Below, piece by piece: positions 48,386-58,054 of a stretch of 64,000 bases of DNA (position 1 is its first letter; each line of letters starts with the position of its first letter). Origin of the DNA: Parcubacteria group bacterium (GTDB lineage Bacteria > Patescibacteriota > Minisyncoccia > Moranbacterales > GCA-2747515); the NCBI GenBank assembly GCA_041660065.1, contig JBAZXC010000004.1, positions 10,098 through 74,097 on the forward strand, given 5' to 3'. Under the pieces are notes generated by a model. That model saw only the letters and a program-made list of their open reading frames with translations. It did no database searches and was not told where the DNA came from. Position numbers and translations under genes: made by a program.

Positions 48386-49262
48386 GTGATTATGTCTGAA
48401 AAGCACTATACATTGAACGGTTCGGCAATGGGCATTATTTTGAAAGAGCTCGTGAGAAGGGCGATCGTTGTGGCTCGCAGGCAGATCAAAAATTTTGAGG
48501 TGACAAAAAAAGAGGGGTATAGCGGAAATATGGATGACGTTTTTACATCAGCGGATCGAATGGCACAAGAGATCTATGTAAAACTGCTCCAGGAGTGTTT
48601 TCCGCAAATTGGTATTATCGGAGGAAGATTCTTTGGTGATTTCCACTGCCGACGGGATTGATGCGTACTTCACTATTGATCCTATCGATGGGACCAAGGC
48701 GTATATCAGACGCCAATCGCATGGCATTGGTTCAATGGTGGCATTTGTATCCAATGGAGTAGTTGAATCAGCATATATCGGAGACATCAACAGCCAGGAA
48801 ATTTTTGGGTTTCGTCCCGATTCTTCCAGCGTCTGGAGAATTACGGATTTGGAGGTGTTTGAAAGACTTGAGGCAAGTCCGCCTTCGGTGGGTATTGGTG
48901 ATATGTATCTACTCCTTAGGGAAAGAGAGCGTATATACAGTCCAGTTTCTCGTCAAATTATTGATAAATTCAAGTCGATCTTGATCGATGGTGGGAGTAT
49001 CGGCATCTGGGCAGCTCGTTTATGGAAAGGAGAAGTGGGCGGACTTCTTTTAAATCCTTCGTGGGAAACGCCATGGGATTCAAGCCCGGTTATCGGGATC
49101 TCAAAAAAATTAGGGTACGTTTTTTTGAGACCATCAAGGGAGGGTTGGGGAGTGTACGAACCCGTTGTGTCCAAAGAGAAGTATGAACGCAAGCATGACA
49201 CACTCATCATTCATAAAAATCATCTGACGCAACTTGGAAAACACGTCTCAGTTTTTAAATGA
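48386..49262 (+). pseudogene. inositol monophosphatase/CysQ-family phosphatase with apparent +1 frameshift near 48620-48624
   Basis: ORF 48386-48661 (...IGIIGG) and ORF 48609-49262 (EEDSLVIS...DPIDGTKAY...) together form one IMPase-family protein (IGIIGEEDS and DPIDGT motifs); removing one G from atcGGAGGaag makes them contiguous. Confidence 0.6.
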
Positions 49263-49443
49263 TAAAAAAAGAATGGCTTAGCGGCAAGTGTGAAAAAACT
49301 TGCCGCTTTTTACTTTTTAATCGTCTGTTGTTCTGTTTACTCGCAGGGACGGTATGTTGTTACCTTTTGTTTTTTTGTGTACTATGATATAGTACTTCGG
49401 ATCGTGAAAATGGAAGTAAGATCAATAGAATGCAATAAATAAT

Positions 49444-49528
49444 GGTGAGGTGGCCGAGTGGTTGAAGGCGCACGCTTGGAAAGCGTGTTAGGGGCAACTC
49501 TACGCAGGTTCGAATCCTGTCCTCACCG
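49444..49528 (+). tRNA. tRNA-Ser (anticodon GGA)
   Basis: Cloverleaf: acceptor GGTGAGG/CCTCACC, anticodon loop cTTGGAAa, long variable arm, T-loop GGTTCGAATCC; no encoded CCA. Confidence 0.8.
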
Positions 49529-49530
49529 CC

Positions 49531-49640
49531 CTGTACCGTACGGTACAGGGCTCCGCCAGAAATAAAAAACGGAGTCAAATATCGTACGAAAAAACAGTCC
49601 TACGCCATACGATACAGGACTGTTTTTGTATGGGGAAGAA
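49531..49640. repeat. cassette-boundary repeat, partial (central hairpin CCCTGTACCGTACGGTACAGGG + right arm)
   Basis: Lies immediately 3' of tRNA-Ser(GGA); shares the hairpin and a CTGTTTTTGTATGGGGAAGAATAGACGTTGAAATTTTTTTG arm with the repeats at 55931, 56861, 58450 and 62503. Confidence 0.6.
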
Positions 49641-49725
49641 TAGACGTTGAAATTTTTTTGCTGTGAATTATGATAGACAATTCACTTAAATATGCTACGA
49701 TGAGCTTACAAATTAATGGTTTTTC

Positions 49726-50715
49726 ATGTCTATGAAACCGATCATGCAGGTGAAAAATTTGACTAAGGAATTTGTCTTTCCGGTGAAACAACAGTCGGCA
49801 GGATGGTTCAAAAACTTCGTTGCACCACAAAAACGTACGGTTGTCGCTGTGGACGATGTGTCTTTTAGTGTTGGTGCGGGAGAGCGGATCGCTTTTATCG
49901 GTCCAAATGGCGCAGGGAAGTCCACGACGATCAAAATGCTTACCGGTATTTTGCATCCGACCAGCGGATCGATCGATGTGTTGGGTTTTGATCCGGCACG
50001 CGACCGCAAAAAATTGGCGTATCAGATCGGTACCGTCTTTGGACAGCGATCGCAACTTTTGCCCAATTTACCGCTTACGGACTCGTTGGAATTTTTTGGT
50101 GTGATGTATGATCTGACGGACAAACAGATTGCAGAGCGCATCGCAGAACTTGTGGAACTTTTTGGTCTTCAAAAATTTATGGACCAGCCTGTGCGCAAAT
50201 TGTCTCTCGGTCAGCGTATGCGCGGGGAAGTTGCGGCATCACTGATGCATCGACCGCGGATCATTCTCTTGGATGAGCCGACGATCGGATTGGATGTGGT
50301 TGCAAAGAAGCGATTGCGAGAATTATTGTTGCGCATCAATGCGGAGCAAGGCACGACGATCTTTTTGACATCGCATGATGTGGGAGATATCGAGCTCTTG
50401 TGTGATCGCACGATCGTGATCCATCATGGCGCGATCATCAAAGATTTGCCGACGAAGGAATTGGCGCATACATTCGTTTTTGAAAAATACATCGATCTCA
50501 TCCCGCAGGAAACCTTTCGCCATTTTCCCGCGTTGCCACAGGGCGTGCGATATCTCGTGGAGGACAAAGATAAAATTTCTATTGTTGTAGATATCAGTGT
50601 GATCAGTGTGACGCATGCGCTGACAAAAGTTCTGGCACTTTTTGATGTGCAGGATGTTGATGTTTATGATGCAGATCTGGAAACTGTGATCCGACATATT
50701 TATGAAAAAGCTTAG
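49726..50715 (+). CDS. ABC transporter ATP-binding protein
   Basis: 329 aa; Walker [10 protein letters not shown], signature LSLGQRMR, Walker [12 protein letters not shown]. Confidence 0.8.
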   Translation: MSMKPIMQVKNLTKEFVFPVKQQSAGWFKNFVAPQKRTVVAVDDVSFSVGAGERIAFIGPNGAGKSTTIKMLTGILHPTSGSIDVLGFDPARDRKKLAYQIGTVFGQRSQLLPNLPLTDSLEFFGVMYDLTDKQIAERIAELVELFGLQKFMDQPVRKLSLGQRMRGEVAASLMHRPRIILLDEPTIGLDVVAKKRLRELLLRINAEQGTTIFLTSHDVGDIELLCDRTIVIHHGAIIKDLPTKELAHTFVFEKYIDLIPQETFRHFPALPQGVRYLVEDKDKISIVVDISVISVTHALTKVLALFDVQDVDVYDADLETVIRHIYEKA

Positions 50716-51502
50716 ACTCGCGCACAAGATCATCACAACGCTCATCAAAGATCAATGGTATTATCGCGGTCGTGTGATTGCGGATATGATGTTGATGTTT
50801 GTCCGATGCGGGGTGTTGCTTGTGTTGTATGCATATGTATTCCGTCTCAAAAACGGTGTGATCAACGACACGACGTTTGGAGTTGTGGCGTGGAGTATTT
50901 TTTTCTATTTTGCTTTTATCACATTGCGTTTGCGCGAGATCACACGCATGATCATGCAAGATGTGCGCAGTGGTACTGTGGAAACACTCTTTGCCAAACC
51001 AGTGTCATATATCTTTTACCGTGTGATGTGGCAATTGGGCAGCGGGATCAGTTCGTTTGTGATTGTGAGCGTGTGTGGTAGCGCACTACTGATCTGGTGG
51101 GTCGGCATACCGGAAACGATGACGATCGGTATTTTCCTCCCGACACTTTTTGCAGTTTTTTGTGGCGCGATCATATTGACGCTGACACTGTATGCGATCG
51201 TCGGATTTATGGCGTTTTGGATCGAAGATGTGAATCCGATCTTCTGGCTCGTGGATAAAATTGTCATGGTGTTGGGTGGCTCCTATTTGCCGGTCGCACT
51301 TTTCCCGCCTCTCCTGTACAAGGTTGCCGTGTGGAGTCCTTTTGGCGCAGCGAGTTTTATCACACACACAGTGAATGTCTCATGGCAAGAAAAATGGCCG
51401 ATGCTTGTCGGGATCCAAATAATGTGGATTGGCATTGGTCTCGTGGTGTTATATGTGATCAATCATTACGCGCACAAGAGAGTATCGATCAATGGCGGAT
51501 AA
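50702..51502 (+). CDS. ABC-2 family transporter permease
   Basis: 266 aa, 6 TM; overlaps the upstream ATPase gene by 14 nt. Confidence 0.65.
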   Translation: MKKLRLAHKIITTLIKDQWYYRGRVIADMMLMFVRCGVLLVLYAYVFRLKNGVINDTTFGVVAWSIFFYFAFITLRLREITRMIMQDVRSGTVETLFAKPVSYIFYRVMWQLGSGISSFVIVSVCGSALLIWWVGIPETMTIGIFLPTLFAVFCGAIILTLTLYAIVGFMAFWIEDVNPIFWLVDKIVMVLGGSYLPVALFPPLLYKVAVWSPFGAASFITHTVNVSWQEKWPMLVGIQIMWIGIGLVVLYVINHYAHKRVSINGG

Positions 51503-51507
51503 AATAT

Positions 51508-52302
51508 ATGATGAATGACTTGCGATTTGCATTGTATGCGATCAAAAAAAATATTGCGAATAGTACGGAGTTGCGCACAAGTTTTGCGCTCACCGTTTTG
51601 GGTATGGCGATCAATAACGTGTCATTTCTCGTAATTTGGATTTTCTTCATACAGTCTGTGGGAGAGATCAACGGATGGCGTGCAATTGATATCCTCGCTC
51701 TGGATGGCTTTGTGGCACTGTCATATGGGATCACATTTTCGATCTTTGTCGGCATCAAATTATTACCACAATATGTCGCAGACGGTGTCTTTGACCGCTT
51801 CTTGCTCTCGCCAAAAAATGTACTTCTGCGTGTGGCAACATCGGCATTTCACGCCTCAGCCGTGGGTGATTTTGTATTTGGCGTGGCGTGCTTTGGTATC
51901 TATGCATGGGTTGTGGATATACATATCACACAATTGATGATCCTATTTCTCTTGACGATCAATGCGACGGTGATGTTTTTTGTCGTGAGTGTTTTGATCT
52001 ATTCTGCGAGTTTTTATTTTACTGATGCGTATTCTGTGACATATAGTCTCTTTGACCTCTTCATGACGCCGACACTTTTTCATGGAGGGTTATTTCATGG
52101 GACGATGCGTTTTATCTTTACATTCCTTATCCCGTCACTCGTGATCGGAGCATTGCCGACAGAAATTCTCGCATCCGTGTCAGTCGTACACATGCTTGTA
52201 TTGATGGGTATTACGGCTGTATGGTTTGCGGGAGCGATGTGGTTTTTTCGCCACTCGATCAAACGGTATGAAAGTGCCAATTTCATGACATTTGGGAGGT
52301 AA
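51508..52302 (+). CDS. ABC-2 family transporter permease (second subunit)
   Basis: In-frame ATGATG at 51508 just after the upstream stop, so the 51331 start in the ORF track is probably too long; 6 TM. Confidence 0.6.
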   Translation: MMNDLRFALYAIKKNIANSTELRTSFALTVLGMAINNVSFLVIWIFFIQSVGEINGWRAIDILALDGFVALSYGITFSIFVGIKLLPQYVADGVFDRFLLSPKNVLLRVATSAFHASAVGDFVFGVACFGIYAWVVDIHITQLMILFLLTINATVMFFVVSVLIYSASFYFTDAYSVTYSLFDLFMTPTLFHGGLFHGTMRFIFTFLIPSLVIGALPTEILASVSVVHMLVLMGITAVWFAGAMWFFRHSIKRYESANFMTFGR

Positions 52303-52602
52303 AAAGACAATTTTTCATTATTGTGCTACTATAGTCGGTATTATGAATATGCAAGATGACAAAGAAAAAAAGGAACAGGACCATCCTGATCATGATGAAT
52401 TTGGTGAGAGCATAAATGATTTGCGACCAGAAGAGGAAAAGCCCACGTATGCCGAGGGTGATGCAAAATCCAAAGAGCTCGTCAAAAAGATCACACGCAC
52501 AAGTTAGAAAAATAAGTGAATATTGGCCAGCCCAAGGCTGGTCCCTGCCTACCGGCAGGCGCCTCGGGAGGAAGCGGTTAACATGAACAAATAATTAAAT
52601 AT

Positions 52603-52694
52603 TGGAGAGGTGCCAGAGTGGTCGAATGGGACTGACTCGAAATCAGTTGTCTCGTTTTAACGGGACCCAGGGTTCGAATCCCTGCCTCTCCGCC
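52603..52694 (+). tRNA. tRNA-Ser (anticodon CGA)
   Basis: Acceptor GGAGAGG/CCTCTCC, anticodon loop aCTCGAAa, long variable arm, T-loop GGTTCGAATCC, encoded CCA. Confidence 0.75.
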
Positions 52695-52702
52695 AACAAG
52701 AA

Positions 52703-52750
52703 ATCTTATTATCATGCAAATGATAGTGGGATTTTTTGATTGGAGAAGGG
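52703..52750. repeat. about 46-bp direct repeat, copy 1 (AATCTTATTATCATGCAAATGATAGTGGGATTTTTTGATTGGAGAAGG)
   Basis: Near-identical to 63252-63297 (AATCCTATTATCATGTAAATGACAATGGGATTTTTTGATTGGAGATG); the two copies bracket about 10.5 kb of accessory genes next to tRNA-Ser(CGA). Confidence 0.6.
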
Positions 52751-52868
52751 AGGGATTCGAACATGGAAAGGGGTCGGGAAAACGATAGTTTCCCCGTGGT
52801 GGAAGTATTGAAACCGCAAGGTGTCAAAGAGCGAAGCGACGTGAGATTCCCTGCCTCTCCGCAAATAA
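52743..52868. other. tRNA-like fragment / att-type duplication of tRNA-Ser 3' end
   Basis: GGAGAAGGGAGGGATTCGAAC resembles the reverse complement of a tRNA T-arm and acceptor stem, and GAGATTCCCTGCCTCTCCGCA repeats the 3' end of tRNA-Ser(CGA); it does not fold as a complete canonical tRNA by eye. Confidence 0.4.
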
Positions 52869-53055
52869 TCTCTTATTTTTTATAATGCGAAATTTTCTGA
52901 GTGGAGTAGAGTGATTCGATCTGACGATGCTATAAGTGAAGTTTGTAAAATTGTAACTCGAAAAAATTGAAATAAAAATAAAAAACTCCCGAGATTCTCG
53001 GGAGGTTTATTTGTTTAATCTCCAGTCACTGTTTGATGACAATAATTATTGATTA

Positions 53056-54132
53056 TTATTCCAATGGAAGCATTTTTAGTGTCTGCAAAGATTTGCTTTT
53101 GGAAACGATACCAAGTTTTTTGAGAAACAGCATCAAGATTGAGCTTGTTAGAAAAATAAGAACAACTGGCGTTCGAACTGCTGCAAGCAAATCCCAAATG
53201 GCACTAAGAGTTCCTGATTTGCCATAGAAAGGCCAGCCGATGATGATGCACATTGCCATGAACATCCCTGCGATTTTACTGTTTTTCTCACTAAATCCGA
53301 TTTTTTCGGATATAAAATTAAGTCCAGAAACACCCGAATCAATTGAACTTACGGCAAGTGAAATCATTAGAATAAGAAACATGATTCCAAGATAGAGATT
53401 ATCGTTGAAATAAAATGCGACAATCATAACAAAAAACATGTAAATTGCAAACCATGCACATGCCCACATTCCAGTAGGAATCATTCTTTCTTCTTTGATT
53501 GCTGAGAGTTTTTGATGGTGGTGAGCGTGGGTGAGTGAGCCAATGATGATGCCTGAGAAATTGAATAGCGCAATCATCTTCCAGTCAACGCCTTTTGATA
53601 GGACGATATTATTCATAGTGCCGTCATTTGTTACAAATGCAGTTATTGCCATTGCAATGATAGCTGTTATCTGACCTATATAGGCTCCAATATCAGTTAT
53701 CATTAGAAATCGAAGTCCTCCAAATTTTACATAGAAAATTGTAATAGATGCAAATGCTACAATCAGCCATGTTGCTGTTTCTTTACTCACAAAGACATAT
53801 GTGGCAAATTTTTCATGACCTCCGGTAAGTGCTACCATCAATCCTTTCATATTTATGTTGATGGTGAGAAATGCTAGGAATGTAAAAAGTAGTAGCATCG
53901 GAATATAGTTCCCCCAGTTTTTACTGGAAGGAACATGTCGTCGAATAAATGCGGTGAGTGGGATAGCCAGACAATTGCCCACAATCCATGCAATTGCAGG
54001 AAGAAATCCTTCTGCATACATTTTGGACATTCCAACCACAATGGAAAAGCCCCAAGACCAATCAGCTGCCAGAGACATTCCTACACGCCAATTAGGAAAA
54101 TTTTCGATGTCATCAATATTCACGTTTCTCAT
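53056..54132 (-). CDS. polytopic membrane transporter (about 12 TM), family uncertain
   Basis: 358 aa, the only minus-strand gene in the accessory array; hydrophobic throughout; HAHHHQ loop. Confidence 0.55.
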   Translation of the reverse strand: MRNVNIDDIENFPNWRVGMSLAADWSWGFSIVVGMSKMYAEGFLPAIAWIVGNCLAIPLTAFIRRHVPSSKNWGNYIPMLLLFTFLAFLTININMKGLMVALTGGHEKFATYVFVSKETATWLIVAFASITIFYVKFGGLRFLMITDIGAYIGQITAIIAMAITAFVTNDGTMNNIVLSKGVDWKMIALFNFSGIIIGSLTHAHHHQKLSAIKEERMIPTGMWACAWFAIYMFFVMIVAFYFNDNLYLGIMFLILMISLAVSSIDSGVSGLNFISEKIGFSEKNSKIAGMFMAMCIIIGWPFYGKSGTLSAIWDLLAAVRTPVVLIFLTSSILMLFLKKLGIVSKSKSLQTLKMLPLE

Positions 54133-54389
54133 GATTCACTCCTTATCTTCTGAGGTTGGTTCAAATTTTAAAAGTACACTAAAATAAAATTAATGATCTC
54201 TATGCAAAGATCAGTTCAATATTGCATATTTTTGATAAATTGTCAAGAGAATAAGTTGTTGTGGATGTTGACAAAGTTTATTTATTATGATATTAATTAA
54301 CATTCGAGTTCCTTAACAAAAAGAGCTTGAGTTTTGATGGGGGAGGCACATTTCTATTCAGTGGATTTAAAAACTATTGAGCGCATAAA

Positions 54390-55748
54390 GTGAAGGAGGT
54401 TGATTTCATGAAAACATGTTTAGATTTTAAGAGAGCGTTGGTGGAGAGTGGCCTGATGGATTTTGCAGAGGAAACATCCTTGGCAGTTTGGTTGGGTGAC
54501 GGCATGAAGATGCTTCGAATTTTGGAGAGAAAGATTATAGAGCTTTTTGAACTGCAGGGTTATGAAGAGGGACGTTTCCCGCTCTTAGCTCACAGAAGTC
54601 ATTTCAACAAGCTTTGTATGGAAATTTGCAATTTTGATGGAGGTGTTTTTTGCATTGAAGGAAAAAGTGACTTACTTCTGCGACCCTCTGGTGAAATTGT
54701 GTTTTATCCTCTTTTTGCAAAGTGGTCAAAAAAAAGAGGTCTTCCTCTAAGGTTTTTTTCCATTGGACAAATGTTTCGTCAAGGATCTGCTCAAAAGATA
54801 TTTCGTCAGTGTGAGAATGATATGTTTGTAGAAGGACATGCCTCATTTAAAAATGCAGGAGAGGCGCATATTGAAGTAGATCGTCTTAATGATATTTTGA
54901 GGAGTTGGTTTTCCATTCTTTCACTTCCAGTCTTGATCGTGGACCGTCCAGGTGAAACAAATAAGCCTGTGGCAGAAAGGCACATTGGTTTTGATGGCAT
55001 TTTGCCAACGGGGGAGACCATTCTTCTTGGCGCCTCGTATTATCAAGGACAAATTTTTTCTCGTGTCTTTAATATTAAAAATCGAGACACTGCAGATTTT
55101 GCATATCAGGCGGAAGCAGGATTTTCATCCAGAGCGATCCTAGCATCTCTATGGGTGCATGCGGACAAAAAAGGATTGGTATTGCCGAGTAGTTTTGCTC
55201 CTATTCAAGTGGCAATCATTCCTAGCAGTAAAGATGCTGGCATGCTTTTGCAGGCAGAGAAAATAAAAAAAGATCTCAATGTGGCTGGAATTCGAGTAAG
55301 GATTCAAATCCCAGAACGAAATAAAAGAGTCTTTTATCAGAATTTGGAGATATCCGGCTATCCGGTAGTAATTCGATTGAATGAAACAGACACTTGTCAA
55401 GTTTACTATCGTTTTGATGATCGATGTGATAGTGATCCAAAAAATCTTTTATTGGAAGTGAGTGAATACTTGAAAAATTTGGACGGCAGAATTCTGAGAA
55501 AAGCAGTGGATGCTCATATTTCCAAGATGATTTTTGTTTGCGAAGATGCAAGAATAATCATTGATGTCCTTAATAGTCAAAAAGTAGCTCAGATATTCCT
55601 CTGTAGTGAATCTACCTGTTTGCATGGAGTTAAAACCAGCGTTGGTCGAGGTGAGATGATTGGTTGGGATTATTCTAGTCAAGAGCGGGGTGCGTGTATT
55701 CAATGCGGAAAGGAAGGTAGACGTGCATATTATGCTAGAAGAATCTAG
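54390..55748 (+). CDS. archaeal/eukaryote-type prolyl-tRNA synthetase homolog with substituted motif 2
   Basis: 452 aa colinear with class IIa ProRS: LLLRPSGE, motif-2 region GQMFRQGSAQKIFRQCENDMFVEGH (the canonical FRxE is altered to FRQG), motif-3-like GFSSR, anticodon-binding domain APIQVAIIPS, and a C-terminal Zn motif CIQCGKEGRRAYYARRI. Confidence 0.65.
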   Translation: MKEVDFMKTCLDFKRALVESGLMDFAEETSLAVWLGDGMKMLRILERKIIELFELQGYEEGRFPLLAHRSHFNKLCMEICNFDGGVFCIEGKSDLLLRPSGEIVFYPLFAKWSKKRGLPLRFFSIGQMFRQGSAQKIFRQCENDMFVEGHASFKNAGEAHIEVDRLNDILRSWFSILSLPVLIVDRPGETNKPVAERHIGFDGILPTGETILLGASYYQGQIFSRVFNIKNRDTADFAYQAEAGFSSRAILASLWVHADKKGLVLPSSFAPIQVAIIPSSKDAGMLLQAEKIKKDLNVAGIRVRIQIPERNKRVFYQNLEISGYPVVIRLNETDTCQVYYRFDDRCDSDPKNLLLEVSEYLKNLDGRILRKAVDAHISKMIFVCEDARIIIDVLNSQKVAQIFLCSESTCLHGVKTSVGRGEMIGWDYSSQERGACIQCGKEGRRAYYARRI

Positions 55749-55930
55749 ATAATAGAAATTGTTTAAATCAAAAAGCCGAGGATGAATTTCATCTGAGGCT
55801 TTTAAATTTTTTATGATGTTCTTTCGATATCCATTTTTGTTAGATATTAAGATGTTTTTTATGAAAGTCCTTCATAGTGAAAAATATTGTAGGAAAATTT
55901 CATCGTTGTTTTTGCAGGTTTTATTAATTA

Positions 55931-56037
55931 TTCATCAAAAACGTTCCAATATTGTCCCACACTCCCCGCCCTGTACCGTACGGTACAGGGCTGTTTTTGT
56001 ATAGTGGGGTATGGACGTGGAACTTTTTGTGATATTC
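55931..56037. repeat. cassette-boundary composite repeat (full copy)
   Basis: Left arm TTCATCAAAAACGTTCCAATATTGTCCCACACTCCCCG, hairpin CCCTGTACCGTACGGTACAGGG, right arm CTGTTTTTGTATAGTGGGGTATGGACGTGGAACTTTTTGTGATAT; the arms are imperfect inverted repeats of each other. Confidence 0.7.
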
Positions 56038-56059
56038 TTATTATGAAATTTAAAAATAT

Positions 56060-56854
56060 ATGATTATTGATACGCACGTACATATCTCACTTTTTGAGAA
56101 TAATGCAAAAAATTTAAAAGAAGCATTTGAAATTCTTTTAAATGATATGCAAAAATACAATATTGAACGAGCGATCATTGTTCCAGATAATATTGAAAAC
56201 AGTGATCAAATAGCAGATTTGGAAAAAGCGATTGAATTGATTGGAGACAAAAAGAATTTCTATTTTCTTGGCAGTCCGCAGATTATTCAACGTGGATCAA
56301 GTGAGTTAGAAAAATATCAAAAATTGATAAAAGAGAAAAAAATCGTTGGTCTCAAATTTTTTCCAGGTCATGATCCATATTATCCGACAGATGAAAGATG
56401 TGTGCCGTATTACAAATTATGCCAAGATCTTGAGGTGCCTGTGCTGTTTCACACTGGCGAAAATACAGGAAACAGTGAATGCGCACAGTGGAATGATCCA
56501 AAATATATTGTGGAGATCACAAAGGAATTTCCACGATTGAAAGTCATTATCACGCATTATTTTTGGCCACGAATGGACTATTGTTATGAATTGACCAAAA
56601 ACGTTCCAAATATCTATTTTGAAACTGCGGCTATGGCTGATGAGGAAGTTGTGGAAAAAAGTGGTGGCATTGGAAAAGTGAGAGAAATATTACATAAAAC
56701 TATCGTGGATAGACCTGCTAAGGTTATTTTTGGCACAGATTGGCCAATGTGCAAGATTGAAGAACATATCAATTTGATAAGATCACTGGGTCTTGAAAAG
56801 GAAATTGAGGAGAAGATATTTAGCAGTAATGCAGTCAAGATTTACAATATTTGA
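56060..56854 (+). CDS. amidohydrolase-2 family metal-dependent hydrolase (TIM barrel)
   Basis: 264 aa; IIDTHVHI at the N-terminus, and internal His and Asp ligands (FGTDWP). Confidence 0.7.
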   Translation: MIIDTHVHISLFENNAKNLKEAFEILLNDMQKYNIERAIIVPDNIENSDQIADLEKAIELIGDKKNFYFLGSPQIIQRGSSELEKYQKLIKEKKIVGLKFFPGHDPYYPTDERCVPYYKLCQDLEVPVLFHTGENTGNSECAQWNDPKYIVEITKEFPRLKVIITHYFWPRMDYCYELTKNVPNIYFETAAMADEEVVEKSGGIGKVREILHKTIVDRPAKVIFGTDWPMCKIEEHINLIRSLGLEKEIEEKIFSSNAVKIYNI

Positions 56855-56860
56855 TAATTT

Positions 56861-56966
56861 CTCATCAAAAACGTTCCAACATCGTCCCACACTCCCCGCC
56901 CTGTACCGTACGGTACAGGGCTGTTTTTGAATAAGGAGGTAGGGATGTGGAACTTTTTGTGATATG
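56861..56966. repeat. cassette-boundary composite repeat (full copy)
   Basis: CTCATCAAAAACGTTCCAACATCGTCCCACACTCCCCG + CCCTGTACCGTACGGTACAGGG + CTGTTTTTGAATAAGGAGGTAGGGATGTGGAACTTTTTGTGATATG. Confidence 0.7.
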
Positions 56967-57082
56967 ATAATCGTATAAATTGAAATCATTTATCTAGGAC
57001 CGTCCTAGTTATATATTTCGAGGTTTTTATTCCCTGTAGAGCGTGTATTGACACAAATACGCTCTACAGGTAAGATAGCAAT

Positions 57083-58054
57083 ATGAAAGCAACATTATCT
57101 AATTCCGATTATTTACGTAATTTTGACCGCTTTATCAGCAGTTTAGATTTTTCTGATCCTGATAATCTTCGTATTTATTCTCATCCAAAGTGGATCAATG
57201 TGCATCCTGCTGTTTTAGCTTTAATTGTAGAAATGGCGATGCGGGCAGGTAAGCAGAATGTTACGTTTGAAAATATTACAGCAACTTCCGGTTCGTATCT
57301 TGATCGTATGGGGCTTTTTGAATTCACACATCAAAAGTCACCATATACTATTAACAAGAAAGAAGAATCGGGAAGATTTATACCCGTCACGATTATCAAA
57401 AATTCTACCGAGCAGTCAAAATTTATTACTGACATGATTCCTCTTTTGCATTTACCTGCTGATAAAACGGATGCTATTAAATATACGATTGGGGAACTGC
57501 TTCGTAATGTATTGGAACACTCAGGAAGTACGCATGGAGCGATTGTTGCGGCTCAATACTATAAAAAATCAAACACAATTCGTATTGGTATTTGTGATGG
57601 CGGTATTGGTATTAAAAAGAGTCTGCAACACTATTGGGCTTCTCGGTCAAAGACAGATATAGCTGCAATCAAATGGGCAATGGTACCCGGTATTTCGGGG
57701 ACAACACGAAAAGAAGGCGGAACAGAAGATAATGCTGGTGCCGGATTATTTTTCATTAAATCTATCGCGCAAGTAGCACGTAACTATTTCATGATTTACA
57801 GTGGATCCGGTATTTATAAACTACTACTTCACGATAAGAGAATAGAGAAACCACGGCTCCATTCCGATCCGGATGACGATCGTCATTCTGAACGCGACGA
57901 CGCCCCTTATTTTCAAGGGACATTGGTGGCAATAGATTTATCCCTTGAAAATAAATCTGAATTTACCCAGCTTCTCTCTGCGATACGAGAAGTTTATGGC
58001 AAGGCGGTTAGGGATCGTAAGCGAAAGAAATATAAAGAACCAAAATTTATATGA
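57083..58054 (+). CDS. GHKL-type ATPase (HATPase_c-like) with N-terminal uncharacterised domain
   Basis: 323 aa; N-box ELLRNVLEHS and G1 box ICDGGIGI; the stop overlaps the next start (ATGA). Confidence 0.6.
   Translation: MKATLSNSDYLRNFDRFISSLDFSDPDNLRIYSHPKWINVHPAVLALIVEMAMRAGKQNVTFENITATSGSYLDRMGLFEFTHQKSPYTINKKEESGRFIPVTIIKNSTEQSKFITDMIPLLHLPADKTDAIKYTIGELLRNVLEHSGSTHGAIVAAQYYKKSNTIRIGICDGGIGIKKSLQHYWASRSKTDIAAIKWAMVPGISGTTRKEGGTEDNAGAGLFFIKSIAQVARNYFMIYSGSGIYKLLLHDKRIEKPRLHSDPDDDRHSERDDAPYFQGTLVAIDLSLENKSEFTQLLSAIREVYGKAVRDRKRKKYKEPKFI

Noticed and set aside
52292-52507. ORF 52292-52507 (+), 71 aa, acidic
   Set aside because: It has no RBS or motif, and its start overlaps the permease gene. 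It could be real from the internal Met near 52343, but support is insufficient to list it.
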